Positions 46,210 through 55,308 of a stretch of 64,000 nucleotides of DNA are shown in pieces (position 1 is the first letter of the stretch; every line of letters begins with the position of its first letter). Origin of the DNA: a virus; the IMG/VR virus record IMGVR_UViG_3300043788_000169, positions 32,001 through 96,000 of that record; one strand, 5' to 3'. Under the pieces are notes generated by a model. The model had not been told where the DNA came from and did no database searches. It saw nothing but the letters and a program-made list of their open reading frames with translations. Position numbers and translations under genes: made by a program.

Positions 46210-46641
46210 ATGCCGGTAACCGACAGCGGTGTGGCCGTGTTCGGCCAGATGCTGGCCCGCGGCTCCCGGATCGGCATTGGTGTGGGTGGCGGCAGCAATC
46301 CAGAGGATCGCGCAGCGGCCGCGCTGGGCGGAGATGGCAGCCCGCACACCGCCTGGTACCGCCCCGCCGATACCGGCTTCCCTCAGCTTCAGGCTGATGG
46401 AACTATGATGCTGAGAGTCAGCTTCGACCCGGACGAGGCCAACTTCCTGTGGCGGGAATACTGCATCTTCGTCACCACCGGGAAGATGACTCCGCACCAC
46501 ACTCTGGCCGAGGTGGGCAGGGGAGCGGCCATGCTCAGCCGCCGGGTGCCCGCGGCGCCTTTGCACGGCGAGGCCAAGACCCGCGAGAGCTGGCGGACGT
46601 GGGTGTTCCAGGTGCCGGTGAGGTTCCGCTCTCCCGATTAA
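46210..46641 (+). CDS. minor tail/baseplate protein
   Basis: FDPDEANFLWREY motif, similar to 8489..9115. Confidence 0.6.
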   Translation: MPVTDSGVAVFGQMLARGSRIGIGVGGGSNPEDRAAAALGGDGSPHTAWYRPADTGFPQLQADGTMMLRVSFDPDEANFLWREYCIFVTTGKMTPHHTLAEVGRGAAMLSRRVPAAPLHGEAKTRESWRTWVFQVPVRFRSPD

Positions 46642-46647
46642 CTGACC

Positions 46648-48393
46648 ATGGCGCTGAACCAGGTCACGCTCACACTCGATGCCTACAACGGCGCCGATGT
46701 CGCGGTGGGCGCGGGCACCGCCTACCTGACGCCGAGCGCCGCGGTGGCCTTCCCTTCCGATCAGACCTACCTGTGGCAGGTCCCGATCGAGGTCAGCCTG
46801 GTACCGCCCGAGGGTGCATCGGATGCTTGGCTGCCGACCGTCACGCTGATATCCAACGACAACAGCGGGGGCAACCCCTCAACCTGGTACTGGGTGATCA
46901 GCTACCAGTCGCCGGGCGCCCCGCCTGGGTTCACCTTCGCGCTGGACTACTCCAACGGCGCGAGCCAGAACCTGTCGGCCCAGGTGCCGGTGCAGTCCAG
47001 CCAGGCAGGCTTCGCTTACCTGCCGCTGCCGACCGGCACGCCCACAGCCGGCCAGGTGCCGGTGGTCCAGACCAACGGGGTGGCACAGACGGCCTGGGGA
47101 AGCGGTGGCGGAGGCGGCTCCTACGTCCCGCTGGCCGGCGGGAACATGACCGGGGCCCTCACTATCAGTGAGTCGGGCGCGTCCGGTGGCCTGCTGGTGG
47201 TCACCAACACCCACAGCACGCCGAGCGCACCGAGCATCCAGCTCGTCAGCCATGCTGCCGCGGATATTGCTCTCGGGCTGGATGTCAGCGGCGACGCGGA
47301 CTACCGCTTTGAGATCGACTCCAACGGCAAGATGTACTGGGGTTCTGGCTCCGCTGCCTCCGATGTGTCCCTGGCCCGGAACTCCTCGGGCCTGCTTCAG
47401 GTTGGCGGGGCGCTCAAGGCGACCGGCGGCGCTGCCGCAGGCAGCGTTTTCACTGTCCAGAACACGACCAGCTCTCCAACCAGCCCCAATGCCATTGTTG
47501 TTGCCGCCGCCGCGGCCGACTCAAGCTTCGGTATCGAGGTCAGCGGCGATGCGGACTTCCGGTTCACCGTCGACTCCAACGGCAAGCACAGCTGGGGCTC
47601 TGGCAGCGCGGTGGCCGACACTACGCTCTCTCGCAGTGCTGCCGGAATCCTCTCTGTAGGCTCTGCTCTCTCGGTGACGGGCCTGACGGGGGCCACGTCG
47701 GCCAGCCGTCTTATCGGGGCAACTGCCAGCGGGGCACCCGCCAGTGGCACCTTCGCCATAGGCGATGTGAATATTGACCAGACCGGGACGCTGGAGATCT
47801 GCACTTCAGCCGGCTCCCCCGGCAACTGGGCGGCTTTGCTCGGCGCTTATTCCTTCCCCACCATCTCGCAGCTCGGCATCCTTGCCCAGAACTACCCGAG
47901 CCTGCTGGCCAGCGTCGCGTCGGCCGCCCTTACATCCGGTCTCATTTACCTTCTCCGGATAAACCTGTCGGGCGCGAGCATCACTGTCACAAACGTGCTC
48001 CTCGGCGTTTACACCGCAGGCTCCAGCCTTACCCTCAATGAATGCTGGTGCGGTCTCTATGATAACAATGGCAATGAGATTGGCATTAGCGCCAACCAGT
48101 CAAGCAACTGGACGACCGCGGGCCTGAAGTCGATGGCCCTGGCGGGAGGCCCGTTTACCGGAACGTGGCCTTTCGTTGATGTAGCCGTCCTGTCAAACGG
48201 GTCGACCAACCCGATCTTCGCCCGTGCGTCCGGCGGGGGCGTGGGCGTAGCTATGGCGAACCTTAACGCCACGGGAGCAGGCTTGATGTGCTCGGTGAAC
48301 GGCACAGGAGCGACGGTGCTGCCGGGCAGCTTCACCTACTCCAGCAACAGCACCGCCAACAACCCGCAGTCGATCTGGTGCGGGGTGTCGTGA
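46648..48393 (+). CDS. tail fiber / receptor-binding protein 1
   Basis: YVPLAGGNMTGAL fiber motif; internal VSGD..RF..DSNGK..WGSG repeats. Confidence 0.75.
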   Translation: MALNQVTLTLDAYNGADVAVGAGTAYLTPSAAVAFPSDQTYLWQVPIEVSLVPPEGASDAWLPTVTLISNDNSGGNPSTWYWVISYQSPGAPPGFTFALDYSNGASQNLSAQVPVQSSQAGFAYLPLPTGTPTAGQVPVVQTNGVAQTAWGSGGGGGSYVPLAGGNMTGALTISESGASGGLLVVTNTHSTPSAPSIQLVSHAAADIALGLDVSGDADYRFEIDSNGKMYWGSGSAASDVSLARNSSGLLQVGGALKATGGAAAGSVFTVQNTTSSPTSPNAIVVAAAAADSSFGIEVSGDADFRFTVDSNGKHSWGSGSAVADTTLSRSAAGILSVGSALSVTGLTGATSASRLIGATASGAPASGTFAIGDVNIDQTGTLEICTSAGSPGNWAALLGAYSFPTISQLGILAQNYPSLLASVASAALTSGLIYLLRINLSGASITVTNVLLGVYTAGSSLTLNECWCGLYDNNGNEIGISANQSSNWTTAGLKSMALAGGPFTGTWPFVDVAVLSNGSTNPIFARASGGGVGVAMANLNATGAGLMCSVNGTGATVLPGSFTYSSNSTANNPQSIWCGVS

Positions 48394-48408
48394 TCCGAAG
48401 AGCCTCTC

Positions 48409-48663
48409 ATGCAGATCACCGTTGACAAGCTCCGTCAGATGGCCGGGGAGCTGGCCCTGGAGAATCGTCTCAAGGATGAGACGATCATCGTTCTCCAGTC
48501 ACGGGCCGCGGAGCTGGAGAGCCGGCTGCGCGAGCTGGAGCCGGAAACGCCCCCGGCAGCCGTCCGGGAAGAGGCACCGGCCACGACGACTCCGAACGGG
48601 GTGCTGGTTCGGGACAGGCGCCGCCGCCCGGCCGCCGCTGAGGAGCCTAAGCCCGATAAATGA
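48409..48663 (+). CDS. small coiled-coil protein (fiber chaperone?)
   Basis: Heptad helix; lies between the two fiber genes. Confidence 0.6.
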   Translation: MQITVDKLRQMAGELALENRLKDETIIVLQSRAAELESRLRELEPETPPAAVREEAPATTTPNGVLVRDRRRRPAAAEEPKPDK

Positions 48664-48666
48664 CGT

Positions 48667-50928
48667 GTGTCTCTCAACACTGTCACCCTGACGCTTGATG
48701 CGTATGCGGGCGACGGTGACCCCATCACCCAGGGCACCGCGTTTCTGGTTCCCAGCGAGCTGCTGGTGGATACCACCGACCACAAGACGGTGTTCCAGAC
48801 ACCCGTCACTGTGGCTCTGGAGCCTCCGGAAGACGCCTCTGAGGGCTGGCTGCCGACCGTCGAGCTGTTCAGTTGCGATAGCTCGAACCTGAGCCCGTCC
48901 GGGTGGCTGTGGGAGATCAGTTTTGAGGGGATGTCGGGGGCCCCTGCTCCCTACAGCTTCGCGCTGGACTACTCCAATGGCGCCGATCAGTACCTGTCTG
49001 CGCAGACTCCGGTGGCGGCCGCCCCGTCGAGCCCCACTCAGTACCTGCCGCAGCCCACCGGCTCCCAGCTTCTCGGGTTCGTGCCGGTCAGTCTGGGCGG
49101 AAGCGCTGAGTCCGAATGGTTCCCCGGGCCAGGGCTGCCCCCGAGTGGAGATCCGACGGGAGCGTCGGACACGGTCAATATCCAGAATCTGCTGAACCTG
49201 ACCGGCCAGGCGCAGCTGCAGTACGGCGTGTTCGAGGTGAACGGCCCGTTTGTGCCGCCATCCGGCAAGCAGCTCTGGGTCCGCGGGTACAAGGGCGGCA
49301 CGCAGTCCGGAGCCGGGGCCGGCAACAACATCGGCACCGTGGTCAAGGCCGTGGCCGGCTGGACAGGCACCGGGCTTCCGGTCACCGCGATGTTCAGCGT
49401 GCTCTACGGCAACGGGACCACCAACACGGCGATCAACGAGGCCCTGGACCTGCGTGACTTGTGGATCGATCTCTCGGCCGGGCCAGCGAACGTGGATGCT
49501 ATTGCCAGCTGGGGAGCGATGCATGGCCTGGTTATGCAGAACCTGGGGATCAACGCTCCCACCGGAAACGGGATCAACCTGCAGAAGAACAGCAACTTCA
49601 CCTCCTCCAATTTCGGGACCGGGGTGAAAGCCGACACCATCGTCATCCAGAACGGTGCCGGTGTCGGGGTGATCAACAACAACACCGATGGCACATGGGT
49701 TAACGTCCACCCGCAAGGCTGTGCCCTCGGGGGATGGCAGGTCAAGGCCGCCAACAACCGGCACATCGGCTGCCGGGCGGACCTGTCCGGGTTCGTCAAC
49801 GGGGTTCCCAGCGGCAACCATGCTCCGGGAGTCCTGATCGACTCCCCCGGCCCTGGCGGCGGGTACCTGGATGCGAACACGTTCATCGGGTTCGGCACCC
49901 AGCGCAACGATGGACCCGCCTTCCTGATCACCAACTCCAGCACCTCGGGCACGTCCCCGCGCAACCCGGTGATCATCCGGGGCGCGTCGCTGGACGGGGA
50001 CTGGGTGAACGGTGGAGCGGGCGCCGCTGGCAAGGGCGCCGTTCAGGTGCAGGGCCGCAACATCGTGGTGATCGACGGCGATGTGCTCGTGCACACCGAG
50101 GACGTGGCCGCCGGGTGCCCGGACTACGCGCTGAACACCGAGACCATCGGCACAGCACCCGGCGCTCCGCTCGTAATCTCCTGGGACGGCGGCCACGTCA
50201 ATGCGATGGTCGGGGACTTCCTGGACTCGGCCAACGTCGGTGCGCTGCTGCTCGTGAGCCCGCTGGTGACCGAGGAGATCGGCGCTCAGGGCGGCTCGGC
50301 CGTGTCTTTGCAGTACAACGCCAAGCTGCCGGTTAACCGGCTTGTGTGGGGTGCTTCCGGCGTCACCGACGTCACCTTGCAGCGCACCGCAGCAGGCCAG
50401 CTGCAGCTGGTGTCCACGTCGTCCGTATCACCGCGGCTGCAGATCAGCTCTGTCTTCTCCAATGCCTCCCAGCCCCTGATACAGCTGATCAACAACGCCT
50501 CCGGGGATCTGGCGTTCACCGGGCAGGTGTCCGGTGACTCCTCCAGCCGGTACCGCATGGACTCCAACGGCCAGATGAAGTGGGGCCCGGGAACCGCCAC
50601 GCAGGATTGCGAGCTGTCCCGCCTGGCCGCCAACATCCTGGGCACCACCACCACGCACCTTGCGGTCGACTCGGCCGGGTACGGCCTGCAGGTCAAGGAA
50701 GGCACCAACGCCAAGCAGGGTGTTGCCACTCTGACTGCGGGCACGGTCGTGGTGGCCAACACGTCAGTCACAGCTAACAGCCGCATCCACCTGACCGCCC
50801 AGGACAACAACTCGACCGGCGCGCTGCGGGTGTCAGCCCGGACCCCGGCCACGTCGTTCACGATTACGTCCAGCAACGCCGGGGACACGGGGGTCGTGGC
50901 TTACGAGATCTTCGAGCCTGCGCCGTGA
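48667..50928 (+). CDS. tailspike / receptor-binding protein 2 with probable beta-helix depolymerase region
   Basis: N-terminus paralogous to 46648; GDPTGASDTVNIQNLLN followed by N/G-rich beta-helix-like coils. Confidence 0.75.
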   Translation: MSLNTVTLTLDAYAGDGDPITQGTAFLVPSELLVDTTDHKTVFQTPVTVALEPPEDASEGWLPTVELFSCDSSNLSPSGWLWEISFEGMSGAPAPYSFALDYSNGADQYLSAQTPVAAAPSSPTQYLPQPTGSQLLGFVPVSLGGSAESEWFPGPGLPPSGDPTGASDTVNIQNLLNLTGQAQLQYGVFEVNGPFVPPSGKQLWVRGYKGGTQSGAGAGNNIGTVVKAVAGWTGTGLPVTAMFSVLYGNGTTNTAINEALDLRDLWIDLSAGPANVDAIASWGAMHGLVMQNLGINAPTGNGINLQKNSNFTSSNFGTGVKADTIVIQNGAGVGVINNNTDGTWVNVHPQGCALGGWQVKAANNRHIGCRADLSGFVNGVPSGNHAPGVLIDSPGPGGGYLDANTFIGFGTQRNDGPAFLITNSSTSGTSPRNPVIIRGASLDGDWVNGGAGAAGKGAVQVQGRNIVVIDGDVLVHTEDVAAGCPDYALNTETIGTAPGAPLVISWDGGHVNAMVGDFLDSANVGALLLVSPLVTEEIGAQGGSAVSLQYNAKLPVNRLVWGASGVTDVTLQRTAAGQLQLVSTSSVSPRLQISSVFSNASQPLIQLINNASGDLAFTGQVSGDSSSRYRMDSNGQMKWGPGTATQDCELSRLAANILGTTTTHLAVDSAGYGLQVKEGTNAKQGVATLTAGTVVVANTSVTANSRIHLTAQDNNSTGALRVSARTPATSFTITSSNAGDTGVVAYEIFEPAP

Positions 50929-51009
50929 TCCGCTGAGCAGCGTGGCCCGGCGCGGTTCGCCCGCCGTATGGTGGAATGCATCTGCTTTCCCTGAAGCAGG
51001 AGGATTCCG

Positions 51010-51216
51010 ATGCTCGTGGATGCCCGCAGCGGCCGCTCCAGCTCACGTAACCAGCCCGCACTGCACGAGCCTGAGTGCGCGCCGGCCGAGGCAGCCGCGC
51101 CACGGCCAGAGCACCAGCCCCCGGACGAGAAGTCCTACCGTCCGCGCGAGCTGGGCGACATCGTCTACCTGGGCGATACGGGATCGGGCTGGCGCGGCAT
51201 GGGATGGGACTGCTGA
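51010..51216 (+). CDS. hypothetical protein
   Basis: AGGAGG RBS. Confidence 0.45.
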   Translation: MLVDARSGRSSSRNQPALHEPECAPAEAAAPRPEHQPPDEKSYRPRELGDIVYLGDTGSGWRGMGWDC

Positions 51217-51227
51217 GGGCTTCCGTA

Positions 51228-51258
51228 GTTGACACGTGTCTACCTGAGCAGTTATCTT
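51228..51258 (+). promoter_or_regulatory. repeat promoter/operator copy 3 (TTGACA-N18-TATCTT), leaderless into ATG 51266
   Basis: GTTGACACGTGTCTACC at 51228-51244. Confidence 0.8.
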
Positions 51259-51265
51259 GTTCTGC

Positions 51266-51541
51266 ATGATGAATCTTCCGGTGGACGAGTTCTGTGACGG
51301 CTGCGGTCAGCCTGCTGGTCTCTGCGGCGGCGAGTGCAGCTCTGCTCTCATCGAGTACACCCCCGTGATCCGGTATGCCGACGAGGTTCTGCATCTGGTG
51401 AACACCAAAGGCCGGCCGGTGCTGCTCGATCGCTATCCGTCCCCGCACGTGCGCGTGCCGGTCGGGCTCTTCGAGATCACCCGCCACGGCCCCCGGATTC
51501 ACCGGACCCCGGTGCAGCCGCGGGAATGGTGGGAGGACTGA
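51266..51541 (+). CDS. Cys-containing hypothetical protein
   Basis: CDGC...CGGEC; leaderless start. Confidence 0.65.
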   Translation: MMNLPVDEFCDGCGQPAGLCGGECSSALIEYTPVIRYADEVLHLVNTKGRPVLLDRYPSPHVRVPVGLFEITRHGPRIHRTPVQPREWWED

Positions 51542-51663
51542 TACCTCCCCGATGCTGACACGCTACCCTGGTCAGCCCTGGGTGGTCCGCCGGCGTTCCC
51601 TGTAATCCTCCCCACGCGCCTAGCCGTCCACCTTTCAGCAGCATGCGCGCGTGGAGGTGGGGA

Positions 51664-51999
51664 GTGGTTGCCCGGTCCGTCCGCAAGATCGTCAAGACCC
51701 AGCGCCGGCTAAGCGAGGAATGCCTCGGGGCGGGCCACTGGGTCATCGAAGGTTACGACGTGCACCGGGCGACCGGCTCGGGCTCGGTCAAGCGGTGGCT
51801 CATAGACGATCCCGGCGGTAACAGGGTCGGACAGCCGGCCACACTTGGACAGGCACGGCAAATGATCAGAGATCTGCTGGGGGAGTTACGTGGTGTTGGC
51901 AGCGCTGACCATCTACAGCCTCATCGGCGGTACGATGGTGTTCTTTGTGTGGGCAGGTCTCACCGGCCAGCTGCCGTATCTGTTCGGCGCCAGTCCTGA
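51664..51999 (+). CDS. hypothetical protein
   Basis: GGAGG RBS; long overlap with the next gene makes the 3' end doubtful. Confidence 0.45.
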   Translation: MVARSVRKIVKTQRRLSEECLGAGHWVIEGYDVHRATGSGSVKRWLIDDPGGNRVGQPATLGQARQMIRDLLGELRGVGSADHLQPHRRYDGVLCVGRSHRPAAVSVRRQS

Positions 52000-52195
52000 A
52001 CGCAGAGAGCGTCGCCGGCGCTACCGGCAGGTGATGCGCTGCCGCACCATCCGGGCTCAGTCGGCCATGCTCCAGGAGGCGTGCCCGGAAGACCACGGCA
52101 ACGGCCATGTGGTGCTGTGGGCCGACCACAGGCCCTCCGCGGTCCGGCTTGATCTGCTGTGGGGCCTGTTCACCTTCACCCGCGATCCAAGTTGA
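51890..52195 (+). CDS. membrane protein
   Basis: N-terminal TM helix. Confidence 0.55.
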   Translation: MVLAALTIYSLIGGTMVFFVWAGLTGQLPYLFGASPERRERRRRYRQVMRCRTIRAQSAMLQEACPEDHGNGHVVLWADHRPSAVRLDLLWGLFTFTRDPS

Positions 52196-52221
52196 CACGT
52201 GTCTACCACTCTAAGTAGGCT
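52191..52221 (+). promoter_or_regulatory. repeat promoter/operator copy 4 (TTGACA-N18-TAGGCT), leaderless into ATG 52228
   Basis: GTTGACACGTGTCTACC at 52191-52207. Confidence 0.8.
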
Positions 52222-52227
52222 TGGGGC

Positions 52228-52494
52228 ATGGGTCATCAGATAATCAAGTGCCCGGACGGCACGCTGGCGGTCTTCTCGAACAATGTGGATTCGTGGGTGC
52301 TGACGAATGCCACGCCGGGGGAGCTGCTGGACTACTACGCTGAGAAGGCCGCTAAGCAGGCGCGGGAAGACACTCAGCGGGTTCTGGATGCCGTCCTGGC
52401 TGGTGAGCCCCGCAGGGTGTACTGCCAGTTCACCATGACCTTTGACGAGGCTGATAAGGCCAGCGTCGAGCACGGCGGGGAGTCCCTGAAGTGA
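52228..52494 (+). CDS. hypothetical protein
   Basis: Leaderless ATG 6 nt after the -10. Confidence 0.7.
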   Translation: MGHQIIKCPDGTLAVFSNNVDSWVLTNATPGELLDYYAEKAAKQAREDTQRVLDAVLAGEPRRVYCQFTMTFDEADKASVEHGGESLK

Positions 52495-52682
52495 CCCAGG
52501 ACGGCCACTGCCGGCAGCCGGAGTGCACGGCCACCTACGGCCGGCACAAGTGGGGGCAGATCAAGGCACACAATGAGGGCTGGTTTTTCCCGAAGGACAA
52601 CAAGCCCGGCGCCTGGTGCCCGGCGCACCTGCCCGAGTGGGTGCCGGACTGGCGCGCTCGCAAGTCGGCGGCCCGCGGATGA
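52491..52682 (+). CDS. small Zn-binding protein
   Basis: CRQPEC...GW...WCPAH. Confidence 0.6.
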   Translation: MTQDGHCRQPECTATYGRHKWGQIKAHNEGWFFPKDNKPGAWCPAHLPEWVPDWRARKSAARG

Positions 52683-52942
52683 ACCGGGTCCAGCTTGATC
52701 AGCAGGCCGAGCTGCTGGCCGAGGAGCTGTGGCGTGAGCTTGCCGGGCAGACGATGAAGAAATGGATGCTGCTCACGGGTGAGATGGTCGCTACCCCGGA
52801 GTGGGAGGCGTTCCGGGCCAAGGTCTTCGTCAGAGTAGAGAGCAGGATGAACAACTGGCTGCCCGCCGTCGAGGAGCTGCCCAACGGCCAGGCGCTGTCT
52901 GAGCCGGTCCCAGAGGGCCGCAGGCGCCGGGGGCGGATGTGA
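52679..52942 (+). CDS. hypothetical protein
   Basis: ATGA overlap start. Confidence 0.55.
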   Translation: MNRVQLDQQAELLAEELWRELAGQTMKKWMLLTGEMVATPEWEAFRAKVFVRVESRMNNWLPAVEELPNGQALSEPVPEGRRRRGRM

Positions 52943-53259
52943 GCGTCTACCTCATCCACTTCGAGCGCCCGTTTGGACCTGAAGGCGCTCCAGCGGGCAG
53001 CACGGCCCAGCACTACATCGGCAGCTCGCCCGAGTACCGGCTGCAGGCACGTATCCGCGAGGAGCTGTCCGGCTGTGCGGCCGCCGCAGTGATCATGCAG
53101 CACGTTATTGCCGCGGGCATCGCGTGCGAGGTGGTGCGGACATGGCCCGGCGGCCGCAAGCGCGAGCGCCAGATCAAGGAACAGGGAAGCGCCCGGAGGG
53201 TGTGCCCGGCATGCGGGGTCAATCCGGGCAAGGGCTGGACGGTCAGGAGCGTGAAATGA
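52939..53259 (+). CDS. GIY-YIG-like nuclease-fold protein with C-terminal CxxC
   Basis: VYLIHF...HYIG...R...ERQIK...CPAC. Confidence 0.65.
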   Translation: MSVYLIHFERPFGPEGAPAGSTAQHYIGSSPEYRLQARIREELSGCAAAAVIMQHVIAAGIACEVVRTWPGGRKRERQIKEQGSARRVCPACGVNPGKGWTVRSVK

Positions 53260-53396
53260 TCACTGTTCTCGTGGCGTGCGCGATCGGGCTGGTCCTTGCC
53301 GGGGGCATCTTCTGGTTTGCGTGGTGGACGACTGAGCCGCTTCGGGGCTACATGATTACCCGCGGCTGGCCGGCCGACCGGGTGCGCCGCCCGTGA
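53256..53396 (+). CDS. single-TM peptide
   Basis: MITVLVACAIGLVLAGGIFWFAWW. Confidence 0.55.
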   Translation: MITVLVACAIGLVLAGGIFWFAWWTTEPLRGYMITRGWPADRVRRP

Positions 53397-53653
53397 AGGT
53401 CATCGACATCAGCTGGCACGAGCGGGCCCGCTGCAAGGATGCCGACCCCGATCTGTTCTTCACCAAGACTGGCAAGCATGCGGATGAGGCCAAGGCCCTG
53501 TGCCGCGCCTGCCCGGTCCGGACGCCGTGCCTGGAGGAAGCCCTGAAGCTGTCTTCCACGCGCGACTACGGGATCAGGGGCGGGCTGTCGCAGAGAGAGC
53601 GGCAGGCAATAAGAAAGGCCCGGCGCGCGGCCGAGACCAGACTCTCAGCTTAA
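53393..53653 (+). CDS. whiB: WhiB family transcription factor
   Basis: W..RARC...DPDLFF...AKALCRACPVRTPCL...YGIRGGLS..ER. Confidence 0.92.
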   Translation: MKVIDISWHERARCKDADPDLFFTKTGKHADEAKALCRACPVRTPCLEEALKLSSTRDYGIRGGLSQRERQAIRKARRAAETRLSA

Positions 53654-53686
53654 CACGCCCGTACGTGCAGGTCAGGAGCATAAATA

Positions 53687-53830
53687 TGTGGCCCGCCCGG
53701 CATAGCGCCCAGGCGGGCCACGAGCTTAGCGTGAGTGCTGTAGTCGATGGTGACGGGGATCTGGTGCAGTTCCCACGTCGGTGCAGCCGAGGAGGTGAGT
53801 CAGGCGGGCAGTTTGGCCGCTGCCCGCCTG
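53687..53830. terminator. two hairpins between convergent operons
   Basis: GTGGCCCGCC...GGCGGGCCAC (about 53687-53720) and CAGGCGGGCAG...CTGCCCGCCTG (53801-53830). Confidence 0.6.
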
Positions 53831-53837
53831 GCAAGCC

Positions 53838-54482
53838 CTACTTCAGCAGGCGAGCTACTGTCGTCAGGCTCGTGGTTCTCTCAAGCTGGGACAGCTTCTC
53901 CAGCCGTGCGATGATCAGCGCCAGCTCGTCCAGCTTGAAGCTCATCCGGTCGTCGTGGCGGTAGTCCCTCAGCACCTCGATGCCCAGCACTTCCAGGCGC
54001 GCTGAGAGGTCGTCGCGCTGGAGCTGGAGCCGGTTGCGTGCCGCGGTGGCTTCCTCCCGCTGGCGCCGGTCGTTGTCTTTCTGCCGGGCCATCTGCTGCA
54101 TCACCTCGTCGTAGAGCCCGATGACCGAGGCCATCCGGGTCAGCAGGGTGAGGTAGATCCCGGCGTCAGCGTGCTGCTGCGTCAGCCCCGTGGTGATCGC
54201 GATCGGCTTGATCCTCATCATCGTGGCGATCTGGTCTGGCAGGGCGTTCTGGCGCCCGATCAGCACCGGGTAGCCGACCGCAGGGGAATAGGTGGGCCGC
54301 CCGGCTGCCGGTTTGGTGTAGCCTGCGTCGCCGCCCGGCAGATATGCGGGATCGGAGGGCAGGTCGCCGCGCCACCTCTGGCGGTAGAGCGTGCTGGACA
54401 GAAACACCAGCGGCTGTGGGTGACTCCACGATCGGTTCTGGTAGGCGTAGACGATGCCTAGTTTGATGTCCTGTTTCCTCAT
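53838..54482 (-). CDS. hypothetical protein
   Basis: 214 aa in a coupled minus-strand operon. Confidence 0.7.
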   Translation of the reverse strand: MRKQDIKLGIVYAYQNRSWSHPQPLVFLSSTLYRQRWRGDLPSDPAYLPGGDAGYTKPAAGRPTYSPAVGYPVLIGRQNALPDQIATMMRIKPIAITTGLTQQHADAGIYLTLLTRMASVIGLYDEVMQQMARQKDNDRRQREEATAARNRLQLQRDDLSARLEVLGIEVLRDYRHDDRMSFKLDELALIIARLEKLSQLERTTSLTTVARLLK

Positions 54483-54973
54483 CGCTGGAAGTCCTCCGCT
54501 TGGCGGATCAGCAGCACCAGATCGCCGGGGCCGAGAGTGAGCGGGTATCCACGGCCACCATTCGGGTGGGTGCCGAGCAGCACGAGGTGGTCATAGATCC
54601 ACTCCCACCCCTCCCTGATCGCCTGTGCTGTCGTGGCCTGTTCGGCCGCGTCTTTGCACGCTTTCTCCCACGCGAGCGGGGTGAAGTACCAGACCTCGTT
54701 GGTTGGGCTGCGGTCGTATGGGTCCTTGTCGTTCTTCCCGACCTTGCGCACGGTGCCGTCGGCTGTGAGCTTGGCCATTGCCCGGGTGACCTGACCCTGG
54801 AAGGCGACGACCGCCCGCTGCTCGGCCCCGGTGCGGGCGTGTGCGTAGTCGTCCCAGAGGCCCATTCCCTGAGCGACGGCTTGTGTTGCCTCGTAGGACG
54901 CCACCCGCTGGTTGGTGGCTGCGATGTACTTGCGCGCAGCGTCCAGGACCGCGGCTGCTGTGACCTGGATCAT
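54479..54973 (-). CDS. hypothetical protein, possible winged helix
   Basis: VTRAMAKLTADGTVRKVG segment; ATGA overlaps. Confidence 0.65.
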   Translation of the reverse strand: MIQVTAAAVLDAARKYIAATNQRVASYEATQAVAQGMGLWDDYAHARTGAEQRAVVAFQGQVTRAMAKLTADGTVRKVGKNDKDPYDRSPTNEVWYFTPLAWEKACKDAAEQATTAQAIREGWEWIYDHLVLLGTHPNGGRGYPLTLGPGDLVLLIRQAEDFQR

Positions 54974-55299
54974 GATCGCCCCACCGAAGTCACCGTGAAA
55001 GAGTTGGCCACCACCGGCTTGATCACCATCTCCTCGCCTTTCGGCACGGTCGCCCGGATGCTGAGTTCCCCGTCTTTCAGCTCGACGTCGAACGACGTCC
55101 CTTCGTGCTTGTGGCCGAACCGCACCATCACGCCGGAGCCGAGAGGCCGGGGGGTGTCGGAGAACGGGTCAGCTACGGTGTCGCTGTCCTCGGGGCCGGC
55201 CGTGAGCTTGGTCTGTGTGGCTGCGAGACGGTTCTCCAGAAGTGCGACGTGTTGCTGTACCCATGCGGGCAGCTTGCTGGTGTTGCGTGTCTGGTTCAT
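54970..55299 (-). CDS. hypothetical protein
   Basis: GGAGG RBS. Confidence 0.7.
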   Translation of the reverse strand: MNQTRNTSKLPAWVQQHVALLENRLAATQTKLTAGPEDSDTVADPFSDTPRPLGSGVMVRFGHKHEGTSFDVELKDGELSIRATVPKGEEMVIKPVVANSFTVTSVGRS

Positions 55300-55308
55300 C
55301 GTTGCCTC

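Noticed and set aside
1835-48657. Calling the CCGAT sites complete host WhiG/sigma28 promoters
   Set aside because: No TAAA -35 at 15-16 bp in the copies examined; only the -10 resemblance is supported
46648-50928. Diversity-generating retroelement acting on the fiber genes
   Set aside because: No reverse transcriptase and no template/variable repeat pair differing only at adenines; similarity is ordinary paralogy
51549-51567. CCGATGCTGACACGCTACC as a twelfth dyad copy or late box
   Set aside because: Lacks three core bases and the TTGACA, and there is no start codon at the 9-nt spacing
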